Source: an uncultured Acidobacteriota bacterium (GTDB taxonomy: Bacteria > Acidobacteriota > Thermoanaerobaculia > Multivoradales > JAHEKO01). Taken from it: DNA of 64,000 nucleotides. The notes under the pieces were generated by a model. The model was not told the origin of the DNA, did no database searches, and saw only the letters and a program-made list of their open reading frames with translations. Positions 59,295-64,000 of the stretch are shown in pieces. The position numbers and the translations under genes were made by a program. Each line of letters starts with the position of its first letter. The first letter of the stretch is position 1. The stretch is from positions 1,504,001 to 1,568,000 of the forward strand of contig CAVQNG010000003.1 in NCBI GenBank assembly GCA_963713825.1, in the 5' to 3' direction.

Positions 59295-61291
59295 AAGGTC
59301 GCCTAGCCCTGAGTCTGGTGATCCTGGCGCTCTGGAGTGGTGGAATCGTTTACCGCCTGGTGCAGCTCCAGATTCGGGATTACGAGCACTACAGCCTCCG
59401 GGCCCAGGGGCAGCATCACCGTAAAGTCGAGTTGCAGGCCCCCCGCGGCACGATCTTCGATGTCCGTGGTCGCGAGTTGGCTGTCTCGGTCGAGGTGGAC
59501 TCTGTTTGGGTAGACCCGTCGAGGGTCGAGGATACGGCAGAGATGGCGGGCCAGCTCGCAGACCTTCTGAAGATCGATCGAGCCTCGCTGACTCGCAGCA
59601 TGGATGAGGCGCGAGAGTTCGCATGGGTAGCTCGCCTCCTGGATCCACCCCAGGCTGCAGCCGTCCGCGAGCTGCGCCTTCCCGGGGTCGGATATCTCAA
59701 AGAGAGCAAGCGCTACTACCCGATGCGACAGGTGGCATCCCAGGTCGTGGGCTTCGCCGGGGTAGACAACCGAGGGCTCGAGGGTATCGAGGGGACGTAC
59801 AACAACCTGGTCGCCGGTCAGGTGGCGATGCGTGGCGTCCTGCGAGACGCTCGGCGTGGAACGGTGCTGCTCCCGAACCTGTCGTTTCGGGATCCGCAGC
59901 CAGGCAATGATCTGTATCTGACCATCGACGTCTGGATTCAGTACCTGTTGGAGAAGGAACTGGCCGCGGCGGTCGAAGAGACCGAGGCGAAGAGTGGAAC
60001 GGCTCTGATTCTCGACCCCAACACTGGAGCTATCCTGGCGATGGCGTCGATACCGACCTTCGACCCGAACCACTTCGGTGAGTACGGCCGAGAGCAGTGG
60101 CGGAACAGGGCAGTCACGGACGCACTCGAACCCGGGTCCACCTTCAAAATGGTCACTGCGGCAGCAGCTCTCGAGGGCAACCTCGTCGATCCGACCGATG
60201 TCTTCGACTGCGAGAACGGTAGTGTGGTGGTGAAGGGCAAGCGAATCAATGACCATCATCCATTCGGCAAGCTGACCTTACGGGAGGTCATTGCCAAGTC
60301 CAGCAATGTGGGGGCGATCAAAGTCGGGCTCTTGTCGGGCGAGTCGGCACTCTACGATCAGATACGCAAGTTTGGTTTCGGACGGCTGACCGGAATCGAT
60401 CTGCCCGGCGAAAGCGCCGGCCTTCTTCAACCTGTCGAGCGTTGGCACAAGCGCGCCACGGCATACATCTCGTTTGGGCAGGGTTTGTCCGTGACCTCGG
60501 TGCAGTTGGCTTCCGCCTTTGCGGCCGTAGCCAACGGTGGGCACCTCTACCGTCCATACGTGGTGGAGGCGATGGGTAGGGATGGTGTCCGCCAGCCAGT
60601 CGAAGGCAAGCCGCACCAGGTAGGTAGAGCGATCAGCGCCAGTACAGCTCGAACGTTGGAGCGGCTCCTCGAGGCCGTTGTCGAAGAAGGGACGGGCAAG
60701 AAAGCGGCGATCGACGGCTACCGGGTGGCCGGAAAGACCGGCACGGCCCAGAAAGCGGCAGCGAGTGGCGGCTACGCTCAGGGGCGGTACGTGGCCAGCT
60801 TTGTCGGGTTTGCGCCGGCTAGACAGCCGAGATTGGTCGGACTCGTGGCCCTCGACGAGCCCAACCCGAGACTGGGCTATCACGGTGGCGACGTGGCGGC
60901 CCCGGTTTTCTCCGCTGTCGTCGGTCCCGCGCTGCTCTATCTCGGCGTGCCTCCCGAGCGCGAACCCATGGAGGTCTGGCCCGGGCAGCAAGATCCCTCA
61001 GAGCAGCCAGTCCGGACAGCTTCGATTTCAGCCACGGATTTGCCGCCCGGCAGCGTGCACGAGCAGCAGCGAATTGATTTGGGCATGGAGGGCATGGAGA
61101 GCGAAAGCTCTCTGCCCGACTTCACGGGTTTGACCGCCAGACAGGCGGTGGTAGAGACCGCAACGCTCGGGTTGAGGGTGAACCTCCACGGGCGAGGACT
61201 TGTCAGTCGCCAGTTGCCATCCCCTGGATCCCCCGTCGAGACGGCTGACGGCAGGATCGAGCTCTGGCTGGCAGGAGATGCTGGCCGATGA
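59291..61291 (+). CDS. ftsI: Class B penicillin-binding protein with PASTA domain
   Basis: RGTIFD, KRYYP, EPGSTFK, KSSNVG, GKTGTAQ; C-terminal LPDFTGLT. Confidence 0.93.
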   Translation: MKGRLALSLVILALWSGGIVYRLVQLQIRDYEHYSLRAQGQHHRKVELQAPRGTIFDVRGRELAVSVEVDSVWVDPSRVEDTAEMAGQLADLLKIDRASLTRSMDEAREFAWVARLLDPPQAAAVRELRLPGVGYLKESKRYYPMRQVASQVVGFAGVDNRGLEGIEGTYNNLVAGQVAMRGVLRDARRGTVLLPNLSFRDPQPGNDLYLTIDVWIQYLLEKELAAAVEETEAKSGTALILDPNTGAILAMASIPTFDPNHFGEYGREQWRNRAVTDALEPGSTFKMVTAAAALEGNLVDPTDVFDCENGSVVVKGKRINDHHPFGKLTLREVIAKSSNVGAIKVGLLSGESALYDQIRKFGFGRLTGIDLPGESAGLLQPVERWHKRATAYISFGQGLSVTSVQLASAFAAVANGGHLYRPYVVEAMGRDGVRQPVEGKPHQVGRAISASTARTLERLLEAVVEEGTGKKAAIDGYRVAGKTGTAQKAAASGGYAQGRYVASFVGFAPARQPRLVGLVALDEPNPRLGYHGGDVAAPVFSAVVGPALLYLGVPPEREPMEVWPGQQDPSEQPVRTASISATDLPPGSVHEQQRIDLGMEGMESESSLPDFTGLTARQAVVETATLGLRVNLHGRGLVSRQLPSPGSPVETADGRIELWLAGDAGR

Positions 61292-62754
61292 GGGTGGCAG
61301 AGATCATCGAAGGCATGGCTGTCCAAAGTTCGTCGGGCGCCGATCCGGAAGTAACGGGAATCACCTGTAATTCCAGACAGGTCAAGCCTGGTGACCTCTT
61401 CGTGGCCCTGACGGGCCAGCGGTTCGACGGTCGAGTGTTCGTGCCCGGCGCGATCGAGCGTGGAGCCGTCGCGATCCTGGCCGCAGGAGGTCCGCCGGCA
61501 GAGTTCGAGGGACTGTGGTTGACGGCGGCCGAGCCCAGATGGTTGATGGGTCCGATCGCTGCCAGGGTCTACGACCATCCGGAGCGCGATCTCTTGATCA
61601 CCGGGGTGACGGGGACCAATGGCAAGTCCACGCTGGTGCATCTGATGGAAGCCATTCTGAATGCCGCTGGCATTCCGAGTGGATGCATGGGGACGCTGGG
61701 GTATCGATTCGAGGATCAGATCTATCCGGGAGAGCGCACGACGCCGGAGTCGGCGGATCTCTACAGGACTTTCCGGAAGATGCGCGACGCTGGTGCCGAA
61801 GCGGTCTGCATGGAGGTCTCCTCGCACGGGCTCGAGCAGGGAAGAGTCGAGGGTTTGCGCTTCGACCTGGCCATCTTCACCAACCTGTCACGGGATCACT
61901 TCGACTTCCACAACGGCTTCGAGGACTACTTCGCCGCCAAGCGCAAGCTGTTTGAAAAACTGAAGCCCGATGGCTGGGCTGCGATCAATCTCGACGACCC
62001 CTATGGCAGTCGCATGGCGGCCGGGCTGTCGCAGGTTGTCACCTATGGCAAGCAAGGGGATGTTCGAGTACTCGAGGCCGAGTTGGACTCTGAGGGGATT
62101 CGGGCCAACCTGGCGACGCCGCGCGGCCCCTTGAGCATCCAATCGCCGCTCTTGGGTAGTTACAACCTCGAAAATCTCCTGGCAGCGGTGGCCGGGAGCG
62201 AGGCCCTCGGATTGCCCGCCGAAGCTGTGGTTCGAGGGCTTGCCGGTCGCCCCCCTCTGTCGGGTCGTATGGAGCCGATCGAGTGTGGCCAGCCCTTTCC
62301 CGTGCTACTCGACTACGCCCATACCGACGCCGCCCTCGAGGCCGCGCTTCGATCCCTCAAGGACTTCTCGAAGAGAAAGATTCTTCTGGTATTCGGCTGC
62401 GGCGGCGATCGAGACACCGGCAAGCGCCTCCTGATGGGCAGAGTTGCGGGGAGATTGGCTGATTTTTCGATCATTACGTCGGACAACCCGCGCCGCGAGG
62501 ATCCGCTGGCCATCATTGCCAGCATCGAGGAGGGCATCAAGGACAGCGGCGCCAGTGAGTATCGGATCCTGCCGGACCGTCGGGAGGCGATCCGCAAGGC
62601 CGTCGGTCAGGCGGACTCCGACTGGGCAATCCTGCTGGCCGGCAAGGGACACGAGGAAGTGCAGATCCTGGGTGATCAAGAGCTGCCCTTCTCGGACCGT
62701 CAAGAAATGCGGCGAGCTTTGGAGGATCGTTTTGGTTCAGGGAAGACTGGGTGA
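61288..62754 (+). CDS. murE: UDP-MurNAc-tripeptide synthetase (mDAP-type DNPR motif)
   Basis: GVTGTNGKST, TTPES, MEVSSH, DYAHT, FGCGGDRD, SDNPR, AGKGHE. Confidence 0.96.
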   Translation: MRVAEIIEGMAVQSSSGADPEVTGITCNSRQVKPGDLFVALTGQRFDGRVFVPGAIERGAVAILAAGGPPAEFEGLWLTAAEPRWLMGPIAARVYDHPERDLLITGVTGTNGKSTLVHLMEAILNAAGIPSGCMGTLGYRFEDQIYPGERTTPESADLYRTFRKMRDAGAEAVCMEVSSHGLEQGRVEGLRFDLAIFTNLSRDHFDFHNGFEDYFAAKRKLFEKLKPDGWAAINLDDPYGSRMAAGLSQVVTYGKQGDVRVLEAELDSEGIRANLATPRGPLSIQSPLLGSYNLENLLAAVAGSEALGLPAEAVVRGLAGRPPLSGRMEPIECGQPFPVLLDYAHTDAALEAALRSLKDFSKRKILLVFGCGGDRDTGKRLLMGRVAGRLADFSIITSDNPRREDPLAIIASIEEGIKDSGASEYRILPDRREAIRKAVGQADSDWAILLAGKGHEEVQILGDQELPFSDRQEMRRALEDRFGSGKTG

Positions 62755-64000
62755 GGCAGCCACGATCATGAAAGGAGAGATGATCTCCGGCTCTGCGGCC
62801 GCCACGTGGCGAGGCGCCACCCTCGACTCACGGCAGGTGACCGGGGGAGAGCTGTTCTTCGCTCTCGCCGGCGAGCGCACTGACGGGCATCGCTTTGTCC
62901 GTCGAGCTCTCGAACTGGGTGCGGCTGCTGCGATCGTCCAACGCGAGATCGAGATTCCTGCAGGCGAAGGAGCGATCCGGGTGCCCGACACCCTCGAAGC
63001 CCTCCACAGATTGACTCGGGAGGTTCGGACGCGCGAGCCGCGCCAGTTGGTCGGAATCACAGGCTCGGCTGGCAAGACCACCACCAAGGAGCTTCTCGCT
63101 GCCATGCTGGGCCGGCAGTTTCGCGTTGCCCGCAACCCGGGCAGCCTGAACAACACCCTGGGATTTCCGGTGGCCCTGCTGGGCATACCCGAGGGTACCG
63201 AGTGGATGGTGGCCGAGATGGGGATGTCCACCCCGGGAGAGCTCCGGCAGGTGAGCTGGTTGGGTAAGCCCGACGTGGCTGTCTTCCTCAATGTCCGCCC
63301 CGTTCACCTGGAAGCCTTCGGCACCGTGGAGGCCATTCGAGAGGCCAAGGCTGAGCTGCTCGACGGACTCGCCGAGGACGGTCTGGTCGTTGCCAACCAG
63401 GACGACGAGCACGTCGTGGAGATCGCTCGCCGCCATTCGGGTCGGTTGGTGTGGTTCGGGCGGCAGGAGGCTGCGGACTACCGTGTCGAGGATGTCGTGG
63501 CACTGACGAATGGCCGGGTCGGTAGCCGATTCAACCTGGTGGCTTCCGAGGAGGTCGTGCAGGTCGAGTTGCCGATGCATGGCCTCTACAACGTCGACAA
63601 CTTCCTTGCTGCGGCGGCCTGCGCGCATACCCTCGGCGTACCGCTGTCCGACCTTGCCGAGGCCGTGCAGGGTGTCGAGCCACCTCCCATGCGTGGTGTG
63701 GTGTATCGACTGGCTGACGACTCCACGGTTGTGGACGACTGCTACAACTCCAACCCGGAAGCGCTGACCGAGGCTCTGCAGAGCGCCCTCGAAATTCCTG
63801 GAGAACGTCATTGGGCGATCCTGGGTGACATGTTGGAACTTGGTGAAGCCGCTGAGGGCTTCCACCGACGAGCTGGAGAAACAGCGGCGGAGCTTGGATT
63901 CTCGCCGATCGTGGGAGTCGGGCCCTTGGCGCAAAGGATCGCCGAGGGGGCTCGGAGCGTGGGAGCCGAGAGCCGGTGGTACGCGGATGCGGAGGCGGCC
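62732..64000 (+). CDS. murF: UDP-MurNAc-tripeptide:D-Ala-D-Ala ligase, runs off window edge
   Basis: Translated by hand from TTG 62732 (GGAGG RBS; in-frame ATG at 62768): DSRQV..GELFFAL.GERTDGH, GITGSAGKTTTKE, EMGMS..GE, DDCYNSNP, LGDMLELG. Confidence 0.95.
   Translation, partial: MVQGRLGEAATIMKGEMISGSAAATWRGATLDSRQVTGGELFFALAGERTDGHRFVRRALELGAAAAIVQREIEIPAGEGAIRVPDTLEALHRLTREVRTREPRQLVGITGSAGKTTTKELLAAMLGRQFRVARNPGSLNNTLGFPVALLGIPEGTEWMVAEMGMSTPGELRQVSWLGKPDVAVFLNVRPVHLEAFGTVEAIREAKAELLDGLAEDGLVVANQDDEHVVEIARRHSGRLVWFGRQEAADYRVEDVVALTNGRVGSRFNLVASEEVVQVELPMHGLYNVDNFLAAAACAHTLGVPLSDLAEAVQGVEPPPMRGVVYRLADDSTVVDDCYNSNPEALTEALQSALEIPGERHWAILGDMLELGEAAEGFHRRAGETAAELGFSPIVGVGPLAQRIAEGARSVGAESRWYADAEAA

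Overview
This is a GC-rich (roughly 60-65% by eye), gene-dense bacterial chromosome segment. Gene content and order suggest Acidobacteriota, possibly Thermoanaerobaculia-like (inference). The left 14 kb (minus strand) is a type IV filament fibre/tip locus: a GspG-like major pilin flanked by two exported M20 metallopeptidases, prepilin peptidase PilD, an NtrB/PilS-like kinase, FimT-PilV-PilW-PilX, a 1403-aa vWA-type PilY1 and a secreted FxLYD-type protein, with two clear sigma54 promoters. Next come membrane glycosylation genes (two GT-C-like proteins, a DegT aminotransferase, a DPPR-synthase-like UbiA, a spermidine-synthase fusion), an accC/accB pair and waaF-lpxK-waaA. An ECF sigma/anti-sigma pair then heads a T2SS/T4P machinery operon (F, E/B, M, N, O, P, TPR+cohesin secretin, three pseudopilins, dut). 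The rest holds an Oar-like TonB-dependent receptor behind a long structured leader, SDR/nth/YvlD/YqgE, tRNA-fMet, eno-ftsB, a CPA2 antiporter, mfd, two parvulin/SurA proteins and the start of the dcw cluster (mraZ to murF). The main unexplained signal is non-coding. All four convergent gene junctions contain members of one modular repeat family: a GTRG-started REP-like core in inverted pairs, heptamer tracts, and ~100-bp arms. The arm-end motif GGTTGAGGCG coincides with the stop codon of three unrelated host genes. No CRISPR array, rRNA, intact transposase or prophage was found.
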